Source: Balanoglossus misakiensis
Taxonomy: Eukaryota; Animalia; Hemichordata
Direction: 5' to 3'
Length of the DNA stretch: 64,000 bases
Assembly (NCBI GenBank): GCA_040954595.2
Contig: CM082582.2
Span: 186,001 to 250,000 of the forward strand
Below, in pieces: positions 13,745-25,882 of this stretch; the first letter of the stretch is position 1, and each line of letters starts with the position of its first letter. Position numbers and translations under genes: made by a program. Under the pieces are notes generated by a model. It was not told the DNA's origin and made no database searches. It was given only the letters and a program-made list of their open reading frames with translations.

Positions 13745-14868
13745 AGATCCATCCTATCCACAATACGTGTGAACTTCTACTCTCTACATGGAATGTCCGC
13801 TCAGCTGGATGCAAATCATTAGACATTGCAGACTACATCACAGATAAAGACATTGATATTCTTGTACTCACTGAAACATGGTTGAAGGAATCTGGTGACG
13901 AACACGTAATGGCTGAATGCACACCACCAGGCTATGCTGTCAAACATCTACCTGGGGTTGGCAAGATCGGTGGAGGCTTAGCTTAAATTCATAAGCTAGC
14001 ACTAAAATTAACAGCTTGGAAGCCTATTCTCTCTGTTAAACCCCGGTGCGGAAAGTCCTGGGGTTCGGATTAACGTGTGTTTGTATAGTTGTTTATTTGG
14101 GAGTGGTCGTCGTGCATAATGACTGTGTAATGGCTCTCATGTACACAGAAAATAATTGAACACTTCACACTTCCACGCGATTGACAACTGTTTCAATGGC
14201 GTGGTTATTGTTTCCCAGGGACGCTTCTGAAAAGCACTGAAACCAGATTTCTCCCAAAATCATCGTTGTTTCATAAGCTCGTGTACTTTTTCGTCGATAA
14301 CTGTATGTTGTGTGTGTTTATAAAGCCAACTACTGTCGTTGTGTGGTGTAATTCTTTATGCTTGGACCTGTTTGGGCCGATTTTCATAGAGCCAAGATCG
14401 TTGGTGTTGTCTGTTGTCAGGCAAACGGCATTAAGATTCGCCACTGATTTGGGGGGTCTTTTATACGCCGCACCGGGGTTTAAATCTTTTGAGGCAGTGG
14501 AAGCAACTATTCTTCACCAGAAACTTTCCATGAAAATAATTCTTGTCTTCCGTCCACCACCATCAGTTAAGAATAAGTTCACTGCACCACAGTTCATGGA
14601 AGAGTTCAGTACAACACTTGAGAAGTATGTCACCTGCTCAAGTAATCTCTTCATCGTAGGAGATTTCAATATTCACCTAGAAGATGATAAGAATCCAGTA
14701 ACACAGAAATTCAATGGAATCATCAGCGCCTGTAATCTGAAACAATGGGTCCAACAACCAACACACAGAAAGGGTCATACTCTTGATCTCATTGTATCTA
14801 ACTCTGCGTCTAACATCAAGAGTGTCTCTGTAGACTGCTTGGAACTCTCTGATCACAATCCTGTCAAT
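13745..14868 (+). mobile_element. L2-type LINE fragment encoding the APE endonuclease domain, interrupted by a TTAA element
   Basis: WNVRS...DIDILVLTETWL...GGGLA, then after the insert FRPPP...IVGDFNIH...PTHRKGHTLDLI...SDH; these are the canonical APE motifs. One in-frame stop. Confidence 0.9.
14040..14479. mobile_element. TTAA-specific MITE (piggyBac/Kolobok-like)
   Basis: TIR ACCCCGGTGCG...CGCACCGGGGT; TSD TTAA (14036-14039, 14480-14483). Removal rejoins the APE reading frame. Confidence 0.85.
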
Positions 14869-14954
14869 GCAAAACCCTTTCAAAGCCATGGTTCAGTCCA
14901 AACGCATTGTTTCCTATGGAATGTACGACCTCTAAAGAGAGAACTTGGGTGAAA

Positions 14955-15293
14955 TGGGACAAAGTCTCTCTCTTGCTGCCTTTTCCATAAATTATGTTTG
15001 ATACAAGACACTGTTTATGTTATTCTACATGTGGATATATAGTGAATCAACGTTCAACCACACACAACTTCCATCCCACTTGCAGACACTAGAGTGAAAA
15101 AGTCACCAAATTGAATAATTGGTGTTTACCGTTTATTCATTTTGGCGAGATTTTTACTCTCATATGCTTCAAATGGGATGGAAGGTGTGTGTGGTCGAAC
15201 GTTGATTCACTATATATCCACATGACATAAACGGTGTCTAGTATCAAACATAGTTAATGGATAAAAGGCAGCGAGAGAGAGACTTTGTTCCTC
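14955..15293. mobile_element. Palindromic Kolobok-like MITE family; other copies at 35610-36139 and 58457-58812, with a stub at ~61824
   Basis: Ends AGGGACAAAGTCTCTCTCTCGCTGCC...GGCAGCGAGAGAGAGACTTTGT; the copy at 35610-36139 has TTAA flanks. Confidence 0.75.
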
Positions 15294-18200
15294 TAAAGTA
15301 TACCTTAAAGGTGGCCACTAACAGGTTTGACTGTATGTTGATCTGTGTCATGAATAGCAGACATTTACCAATGACTGATTGTACAATATATGATTTCAGT
15401 GTCACATATACATGTATAAGACACTAAGTACAAACCCATACATCTTACTTTCTCTCCAAATTGTAGATACTCACAAACGCATGTATGTTGAATCCTGGTC
15501 TGCAACCACACTCTGGTAACTGGTTGGTGTGTTGCAACCTACTTGTTGGCATGGTGACAAACCAGCTTGATCGCACTCATTGTCATCTGCGGGGAAAACA
15601 CAAATATCATAAAATGTATTAGAATGAATACATGTGAATTACAGTTTTCTTTGAGTACACATTTGAAAATATACGACAAGAGAGCAAAATTGTGTGAAAC
15701 TTAATAAATATCATCTGGCATATAACTTGGTCATTACATATGTTTATCTGTACCAGTACTGTATACTGATAAACAAACAATGTAGTAACCACATTAAATT
15801 TAACAAGGTAGTGTTTGAAAGCCAAAAATATCATGCACGAGACAACAAACTCGTTTTTTTTTGGCTCCGAAGTGTAAACAGAGGAGTCTGTCAAGTTGGG
15901 TATGAGCTACTACCGTCTGTCAAACTACTTCCATCCGTCAAGAATTCATACCATTTTCTAGCTTTATGTTTTTGGCGGTGGTGTGTAGCTTTGAGGTGTT
16001 GCAGAAGAATTGGAACAGGGACAGAAATCGGAACGGATTAGCCAGCAGTGTTTTTGCTACCCGCGAGAAAAAAGTTTGGCGAGACAATTTTCATACAAAT
16101 TAGTCAAACTTGCGAAGCACTGCTATCTAACATCGTCGTTTGTTTTGACATGATCAACTTGCCATGATCAGTGCACTACAATGCGTGAAAGTGGACCGCT
16201 GTTCTGTTCATTGATCATCACCCCCTTGTATCATGAACATTGTAAGGCAATCCATTGAATTCAGCTCTTTCAGCTAGTGGCCACACTCGCTTGATTTCCT
16301 GTGTGTGTCTCTGGAGGCACAAATAATGCATATGCGTCTTTTTCTAATTTGCATATTTTGAATGGGTTAGGTGTGCCCTGACTTGAATGCGTCAAGCGTA
16401 CAGGTTGTTATGGAAGTTTCTTTTTAGAACCACTAGTGTTAGTCTGTGGGCCCAACCATCAAAAAAAGGTTCTAGAAATGTTATTATGTTGTATAGGAGT
16501 TTTGTTCTACATGAAATTAGCTGGAAATGATGGGTGGGAAACTATTGATGTGAAATCAGGTCACTTCTACCGAAAATGATGGACCAGAGAGCAATGACTA
16601 TTTTAATTTATTTCATATACTATGTTCACAACTGCTATGCACCCATAAACTGGGGAAACTAAATGATTGAACTTTCTGTTTGAACAATTCATGTATTTTT
16701 TTTGCTACCACCTACACTACTATAGTCAGCACATGAAAGTATATACTTGAATATGGAGAAATTTTATCAAAACACTTCAGCTGATCTTGAATGCTGTCTG
16801 ATATTTTTTTTTCCAAATGTATTTCTTTCACTTTTAGACTAGTACTTCTAAGCACTGTTTTTTTTTCAAAACACATTTCTCATAGCTCGCACTGGTGCAA
16901 TTTGATACGACATACACAATGAATTCCATCAGTATAACATAATATACAGAATCTGAGAGGGAAATGACAATATATTTGTGTGAGACCATTTGTGAGTGCA
17001 GGCCATTTTTAAGACTTAATTTAAAACAGTTATTAGAGCCCAGGACAAGTGGTTTTTCCCCCTGTCAAGCACCTACGTTATCAGGCTGCATTCAATATTA
17101 CATGAGCAAATCAGTTCAGCATTTCACTGTGGTGTTTGCACTGTTCTCCAAACATTCTGCTCGTCATCCACTACACACTGAGAGAGCACCAAGTGTCCTT
17201 GACGCTATATTTTTAATTTCTAACTATGGAAAGTGCCTGATAACTTTAAATTATTTTCTTTTTTAACATGGTGACTGGCTGTAATCTCTGCAACTTACAA
17301 CTTCTGTAAGCACCCTTTTGTGGCAGGAAATGCAAAGCCATTGTTAGCCTATACCCTCCCCACTCAAAAAAAACTTACCTGAACAATTGACATGGTCTGC
17401 ACTCAGAGAAAAACCATCATCACCACAACTACAGCTGAATCCACCCTCTGCATTGTGACAACCTCCAGCACAAACAGAATCTGAACACTCATTCACATCT
17501 GAAAATAGAAAACAAAAACATCCATTGTAATTATTCAAGTCAATACCTATCCTCCCTTCCTTTAAAATTTTCTTAAATTGAACAAATTCACATGGCTTTG
17601 AAATTAAGTATTAACAGTGATATTTCTAATATTTCTAACAGGCCTGACTTTTCTAAACTTTCAGTTTCTTTGTGGATTTGTAGAAATGATGTAAAAACTG
17701 AGCTGTCAGGTCATAACTGTTTGTGCTTTGGCATGAACACATATCCCAGAATGCCCTACAGGGTTGGCAAAGAAATTGATAAACTCTTCACCTAAAATTT
17801 CAAACTCGTAGATCTTAATTATATAGATTCTCACACTCCTGGCATGCTGAGAGTGTAGGATCAGAGTTTTAGAACAAATCAATCCCACACACTCACTGAA
17901 TCGAAAGCTGTATATGACGCGAGCGCTGATTGGATGACAAAGCGATTTTTAATAACGTGCGCTAAATGTTATCCAATGACAGGATAAAGAAACTACAACA
18001 TGCCAGATGACAACTCAAGAGTCATTTATTCAATGTTTTAAGACGAATTTGGCTAATTTGTGCCCGTGTGAGAAATATAATCTCATACACAAAGGACCTA
18101 GGATCATATTTCCCACACTTGTCAGGGATATTTTGTCCCACATTCGCCTGCAGCTCGTGTGGGACAGAAAATCCCCAACTCATGTCAGAATTATGACCCC

Positions 18201-19249
18201 TAGTCCTTGGGAGTGTGAGATTCTATTAATCTCACAACCTTAGGACCTGGGATAAGATTTCTCAGATGAGTTGGTGATATTTTTGCTTGTGTTAGTCAAC
18301 ATATACCTGATAAGTGTAAAAAATTGCGTCAAGGACACAGTGGTCCCATTCAGTCTACACGGAGTACATATACACAGTCAGATCGCACGGTGCTCATTTG
18401 CATATGAAAGTTCATCAAGCGAGCGACCGTTAACTTTCAAACAGACTGCAATAGGCCAATTTTCAAGGTGATTTTCAACTTGATTTTTATGCTCTGTTGT
18501 GCAATAAAATACCATGTTAGCTGGATAAATTACGAAAGTGATTCCCATTTTTCACTGCAGACGTAAATTTTATGAAAATCTGTCGGTAATAGTAGAAGTT
18601 TTTAACGTGTTTTCAGTGGTATGTTGGTGACCCCGAAAGAGACGTCCATAAACGTGTCAAAAAGCATTTGAAAACGACCTCGGAAGTTAACCAAACTTTC
18701 CTGACAGAGAGGTCTAATATCGGTCCCGACATCCATGAAAAGAAATTAATTCGAAATGCTTGTGTAACAGTCCGCTTAAAAATAATCGATGTCGTTCAAC
18801 GATATGACCCGGAAGTATACGTTGACCTCTCCGGCTCCATGTTAGCCTTGTAAATACAGAAGTGTTGCGTTGATCGTGAAACGATACGTTTACCGTGGGG
18901 AAAACAGCTTTTGAAAGGCAATTCTTAAGTAAAACAGTTACTGGATAATGTATGACACCCTAAGGTAACGTATTAGCCAAGTTTTAACTTAATTACTAGC
19001 CTGATTTCAATACAACATCGATCTATCGCCTACAAATGTAGGTCCCATATGGACAGAATGCCAGGTTTACCATACATGACTACGTACGTGTGAGGAGCTC
19101 AGCTGGTGTATTTTTTTTCTCTTTATCGTGGCCTGGGATATTAGTAGACATTTCGAGAATGCAAAATGCCAACTGTAACTTCAAAACCATTTCCCTTTAT
19201 TCACTGATAATATATGCAATAAATATTTGTGTCTGAAGGCAAGCAATTT

Positions 19250-19480
19250 TTGTTGTCATCATTGCATTGGGCTGAACAGGACAGAGTTTGAGCTGATCAG
19301 CTGACTCCAAGTTTCGATTTGGAACATACAATTTGATCATATCAGACAGATATGATGGTCCAAGTCTATGAATGAATTCAAAAATAAGAAATAAAATCTT
19401 GAAAACAATACGATCAGACACAGGTAACCAATGCAACTGAAATTGCATTGATGTAAAAGGTGATTTTGGAACTAGCAGCA
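19250..19480 (-). mobile_element. L2-type LINE ORF2 C-terminal fragment, copy A only
   Basis: QLHWLPVSDRIVFKILFLIF...GPSYLSDMIKLYVPNRNLESADQLKLCPV; same family as 5534-5854. Confidence 0.8.
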
Positions 19481-22290
19481 ATATTTTGAACTTGAATACG
19501 GCTGATCTAGTACTTAGGGAGCCCAAATAAAAGTGAATTACATGAATCTATTCAAAATGCAACAAAAGAAGGAACTTTATTGCTCTGTGGCGGCTTGAGA
19601 TAAATATTTACAGACAAGTGCAATATGCTGCAAATGAAAAGCGACTGAATGGCAGATCTGTGCAATCATTGTCAGACAATGAACAGGTTTCAGAGCATCA
19701 CATGCATTTCTGTAATCCCTCTGGCAGATAGATTACCCGAAGTAGCAGAAAAAATAACAAATTCAGTCTTATCGTTATTTAAACACAAGACATTTTCAGA
19801 CATTCAGTACCGACATCGGAAATACAATGTTCTAGATTTGAGAGCATTCTGGGAGCATTCTTCTTGGTAAAAGACAATGAAGAGCCATCTGCATAAAAGC
19901 TATGTACAGGCATCCATGACTAGAAACTAATTCACCTAATGGAGAAGTGTACATATTAAAAAGTATAGGACAAAGAACTGATCCCTGTGTTACCCCAGTG
20001 TCAAGCGGATAAAATGGTGATTGTTTGGAACACGGTTACAGTAACCATGTCTGAAATTAACACATACACACAGGGTGCGATTGGAAAGGTATGACTGAAA
20101 CCACAATAGGGCTGCAACCCACAAAAGACCAATCAATTTCATTGATGATTCATTAAATGTCATCACAGTCACCATCATTGGAATCACAATCACCATTCTT
20201 TGAATTATCAGTTTGTTTTTCTTCCGTCCAGTTATATTCATCAGTCAGTTCGTCAAAGTCAGAATCAGTCTCGTAAATATTTCCCTCTTCTTCTCTTAAA
20301 ATGTCAAATTCATGTGACTCCTCCTGTAAAATTGCATCAATGCTATTTTCCATATAATGATGTTCAGTATCAGTGATTGGTGATGGTGATTCTAATAGTG
20401 GTGACTTATCTGTATATTTTGGGCATACCCCATACTTTTTCGATGTGGTACAGAATCCAGGGTTCCCATTATGTGGATTACTGGAGTCATTGCATTGACA
20501 CGCAGGGCCACAACCATTGTGGGTCTTATAACATTTACAACATCTGCTATTACAAGTTGGCATCTTTTTGCAGCCACACCCTTTTGTTAGCAACTCCAAA
20601 TTATTTTTCACTTTTTCTAAATTGGCATCACTGTCCCAAATAATATCAAGTTCGCCGTTGCTTAGTCTGTATCCATAATTATTGAATAAGGGAAACGTAA
20701 CATGGCACTGATCGGCCTGGGACCATTACTGAGAGACCCAGCATGATCTTTTCCAGTGCAGTTGTAGGGCTTCAAAGGAAGGGATACATTCTTCCTCATA
20801 CTGGATACGTGGCCAAATTGTTTCTCATATATATGTAAGCCATTTGATGTGGTTATCTTTAAGACTGTTAGTGACACTGGCTACTTGTCGATAAAGTTCA
20901 AAAAGATGAGATGCATCAAATGCTTGGAAATGTTTCTTAACATAAACACTACCTTTTAAACGTATGAAAGCGAAAATTCCATTCCCTACACTGTCTACTG
21001 TTGTGTTCCAGGTATAAGGGTGCCACTAGTTATAAACTCAGGGTATTGAAAAAATGTCTTGTAGAAAGATATCTTTCCGATGCCTGCAAAGTATAGTCAC
21101 AACCTGTGCATATGAACACTGTTTGAAATATTTTGCCTACATATTGGAGGGGAATATGTTGCAAATAAGGGTCTAAATTTAAATCTGATTTGAATTGATT
21201 CATGTCTAAATAAGTGAGATTGGATAAATCATTATCCAGTTGTACAAATATCTCCTTTTGAACATGTTGATATAGTACTGGGAGGAGAACATGATAAGTA
21301 TCGGTATCAGGGGAGTAAATAACACCTTTCTTGTAAGAGGACTGAACTGCATGAAGGATGCATCTACTGTCAGCTTCTTCATGACAACTTTTGGCTTCCC
21401 ACTCAGACACAATTCCATTACTACCGACGAAAAGACTCTTGTCCCTATTTTCCCCATCAAAGCCACCTGCTGTAATGAGGACATGATCACCTTGCAGAGC
21501 CGGTACAATTATTTTTAAAGATGTGGCTGACAAGAAGTTCACTAGTTTTCTCTTGTTTGGCCTACAATTAATGTATGTTTTGAGCTAATATTATTGATTT
21601 CCTATTTTTTATGCATTTGTTTGTATTTTTCCATGTTATTGGTAAAAAGTCTTCATTTCTGAAAGTGATGGGCTTACTTCTTTTAAATTTAGTATGAAGC
21701 TTCCCAATTGTTGTCTGAGTAACCATAGTTGTGTTCAAATTGTTGTAAAATTTGCATATTTATAATTTTGAGCAATATTTGCCATTTTTGGTCAATTTTT
21801 TTTTCTGTAAAACCGCATGCCGGATTGCTTTGCAATTTGGTAGGCATGTTCGTAGGTGTAACCCAAATAATATGTTGTAAAAAATGTGATATTTTCATAA
21901 ATGTGTTATCGGGGAAACTTTTGCAATTTTTGTCAAAAATTGTTTTCCTGAAACTGCTTGTCATATTGCATTGAACTTTGGCAGCATGTTCCTTGTAGTG
22001 GTTGAAGTAAGGTATTGTACAATTTTGTGTTTTTGCCACTTTTGAACAAATATTTTTTTGTGAAACTGCTTGTTGATTGCTTTGAAATTTGTTTTTTCTC
22101 TGATTGCTTTGAAATTTAGGATATAATTTCATAACACATACATGTATATGTGCAACTTTTATTCAATTCTGATATCACAAATATTCAATATTTAGCGAGT
22201 TTTTTCTCCTAAACCAATTGTCCAGTTGTTTTGAAAGTTACTGTTTACAAGGAGTTGTTACCCCCAACTGAGACATGTTTACATAACTTC

Positions 22291-22566
22291 AATAAGCCAG
22301 CTGTTAGAGAGACCATGGGCTATTAAATTGTTTATTACTAGTGGCAGGTCAGTGTGTGTGTCTGTCTGTCTGTCTGTTTCAGAGCTAACTGAAAGAAGTT
22401 GCTTCTCATATGTGTTTGTACAGACAATTTTTGGTCAATTTTTTTACATTCCATATTTCTATATCGTAAGATCATATATGCTTGCAATGTCACCTGTAAT
22501 TTTATTCTGGTGTGTCACTGTTTCCGCATAATCCTCAAATGGGACCACAGTGTCCTTGACGCTATT
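22291..22566 (+). mobile_element. Helentron-associated (HINE/DINE-1-like) non-autonomous element; copy B at ~44061-44406
   Basis: 5' subterminal segment, then (GT)n(CTGT)n microsatellite, then a 3' stem-loop GGACCACAGTGTCCTTGACGCTATT. Related 3' ends at ~17190-17207 (+) and ~18323-18350 (-). Family inferred from architecture only. Confidence 0.45.
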
Positions 22567-23154
22567 CTTTGCTGTGTCATCTGAAAATATATTAGTTAGC
22601 TCCCTGGCGGTATTAAGTGGTGAAAATACTCAGCACCTTCAAGACAATTGATATACAACCTGCAGTTTGACTCATGTATTTTATGTACACTAACTGAATT
22701 ATGGGTTTCATTTTAGAAAGAAAATAACTGATCTTTTAGATTCTTGGCAGCCATAGCTCTATAGGGTAAATAAATTGCTATTCTCTCCATTAACCCACCT
22801 GTAGAAGTATGCAATGCAGCTTTAACATCTTTATTGACGCACATTTCATGGGCTTCATCTAGTGCTACATTAACCCAAGTTGAGCCTGACAAATTGCAAA
22901 CAAAACCACCTGCTTTGAAATGTCACAACAGAGAGTTTGGCATCTTCAGAAGGTCAGCAAGGTGTCTGGGAATTAACCTCAAGTACAGGGATCGGTCATA
23001 TGCATGGAACAGTTGGTTCATTTTTTTCAAAGCCGATATTCGAAGGTTCCAATTTCCTGACCTTATTGCAATGTACAAAGACATGTATGCAAACAAATCT
23101 TCCTCTATAAATCTAACCCAAAATTTGAAAGTTTTGTCTGTATTTGCCCTTCTG

Positions 23155-23778
23155 CACAGTACGTGAAATATCCCATAATTCATTCTGATTTGTACAATTA
23201 GAGATTACTCAGTCAAACCAGGCAAAGTGTAGAGAGAATTGTAGACCACTAATAGAAATTTTGAGATCTTACTTTTAAGGTGAATCTTATTGTCAATTAC
23301 CATTTCAAATGATTTAGAAAATTATGTATTATTGAGAGAGAAGATACGAATTTTATAAAATAATCAAGCAATTGCATAGCCAGCCATACCAAAAAGTTTG
23401 GAGTAAAACAGGGACACTTGAAACACCTGTTTAATCAAACAAAAAGATATTGATATTTTCTTTTGACAGAACAATGGAAATTTACATGTTAACTTTCAAC
23501 AGAGACTGGCCACCTCAGTCAATCATTGCTTGTTTCCTCATTGCTTGTTTCCTCCGAAGTGTGGCATTTGCAGTACATGAATACTTTGATTCTTAATGCT
23601 TTTAAATTTTGATTTTGGAATTTCACTCTAATTCCTCAACGTACTTTTCCTAGATAAACATAAATAGATTTATATGTACTTCATATCATTGTTAGTGTCT
23701 AAAACAGAAAAAGTTATTAAATGGGCAACCTTCGATGATACAAATCATGGAGAATTGTGGGTAAAATATCGTACTGTG
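23155..23778. mobile_element. Transib/RAG-like superfamily MITE nested in the Academ transposase; copy B at 44997-45628
   Basis: Imperfect ~40-bp TIRs starting CACAGTACG; 5-bp TSD TTCTG. Removal restores the frame QIFCDRRANTDKTFKFW. Confidence 0.8.
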
Positions 23779-25882
23779 TTCTGTCACAAAAAATCTGAAA
23801 TTCCTCTTGCAAGCGAGTAAGTTGAGCCTTAAGGTCACCATTAATTTTGTCAATATGATCAGCTTTATCTTCAGTACATTCCAAAGATTTTGTGACAGCT
23901 TCTAGTAATTATTTTTGGACTGTTTCTGTATTTAAGGGACAGTGCTGGGTATTATGGGTTTCACCCCTCTTATTCAAAAAGGAATTGACAACACATCTAA
24001 ACATACTTTCCCAAATTTGTGTTAGGAAGCGATGAGTTAGCTTGAAATTTGTACACTGTACTAGGGTTTCCAAAGTTCCCCCTTTATGATTGAACCCTGC
24101 CAGATGTTTTAGGCCAGCATCCCAGAATATTTTCATGATGACTGGTTGGTAATTTTTTAGAGTGTGCCAGTCTCTGATAAAAGGCTGCAACCAGTCTAAA
24201 TTTGCACCATACATGTCTTTTAACTTTATCAGGTGATGGGAAGTTTTCCCATCACCAACCACAACCAGGTATTTTATTCTTACACCAACTCTGAATGTAA
24301 CATATACAGCTTATTGATAATGTTATGGACAGTTTCAATGGTGTCTGCGTGTTCACTTGCTATGCCCAAATAAATGACATTTGAGCATTCACTTTCATTA
24401 CTGTTAGCATTTGTTGCTAATGTTGATTTAAAATCCCCAAAAACTGTTTCTATATCAGCTCTGTGCATTGCATTTTTCTGTAGAGCAAAAATGAATTGTC
24501 AGAAAACAGTTCTGACCAAGCAATGGCTTCTTCTTGTTTAATGTCAAAATCTGACAGCGAAATTGATGACCGTGGTTGATGTTGTCTCAGTAGAGGTGGT
24601 TTAAATACTACATCATCATGAACAGTATCATTGGATTTTTTTCTCCGTAAATGTACGGGCTTTTGCAATCAAACCTGTACCAGTATTTTTTTAGATAGAT
24701 CTGTCAACCATGATTTTAGTATTATTTCCACAAATTGCCAAAAATTTCATTCATTTCAGAGTCTACTGTATTTTGTGAACAAAAGCCACTGTTTAATTCT
24801 TGCCACCGTTCAAATGAATTCTGTGCATTTTCACTCACCAGACTATCTTTACTTTTAATTAACTGCCTGTTAAGAAGCAAATCATAATGGCCTGGTTGAC
24901 CTGGCCTGTCTGGTGTGTACAAGAGACAGACAGGCTCAGTCTTGGAGAACACATCACCATCACCTCTTGCAAATATATCATTCTGCTTGGTGTATATATG
25001 TAATGGACATTTTGCAACATACACTAAAGATAACATTTCTGGCATACCAGCATATTAATCTGCCTTTTCCATACATTGTGTCCTGTGCAAAATGTCCATA
25101 TAACGAGTGCCGTCTAACAGGACATCAAGTTGTGCATCATCCATTCCTTCAAAGTATATATGATTGGCACGCATTATGTCTACTGTATCTGCTCTTAACT
25201 TGTCTGCGAATATTTTCTCTCGGTCAGCTAAAATTGGGTCAGAAGGGAGTCCACTAGGTAGATGATCGCAATTTTGCAATGCAATATCATTTCTCACAGA
25301 GATGCTCCTGAAAAAGCACCTTCCACCACCATATATGTTGATTAGCTTAAAATCTTTGACAGTTGAATGTTTGTCATGACTGCCAAAAACAATATCATCA
25401 ACACTGTTCAAAATTGACTTTGGTTTTGGTTGGACCATTTGATAAGAGGTACCGTGGAAACCTCTGTCCTTTGGATCAGCTCTAGCAGCTGCATATTTAG
25501 CTGATTTATCAATATTGTCAATGGAAGTTATACAAAATGCATTATTTGCAATATTTTCCTCTGTGAAATCAGCTGATGTTCTTTTGTTGATAACTCCCAA
25601 CATGTATCTATGCAATGTATCTCCAGAACAAATAATACCAAATCAATTTAGAATTTTCACTAGAGTAGATGACCTACTATAACCTTCAACAATATCAGCC
25701 AGGTAAGTATGCAATGGGTAAGTACAATGATCAGAACAAGTGAACAATAGCATACACACAAAACAAACGCCTGAGGAATCGTGCTCTACTCTCCATAGAG
25801 TGCTGGTCATAAAATCCATAGTAGTGTTTATTCCATTCAAAGTTGGGGCTTTTTAATTTACTGCATTCACTGTTGTTCAACG

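Noticed and set aside
14266-14952. 228-aa ORF as a gene
   Set aside because: It is a chance fusion of MITE sequence with a LINE endonuclease fragment.
21689-22132. 147-aa ORF as part of the Academ protein
   Set aside because: It is low-complexity non-coding repeat sequence and is broken in copy B.
18323-22564. 27-bp inverted match (GCGTCAAGGACACWGTGGTCCCATT) as TIRs of a 4.2-kb element
   Set aside because: The same motif recurs at ~17190 and terminates a microsatellite-containing HINE-like repeat. These are independent 3' ends, and there is no TSD.
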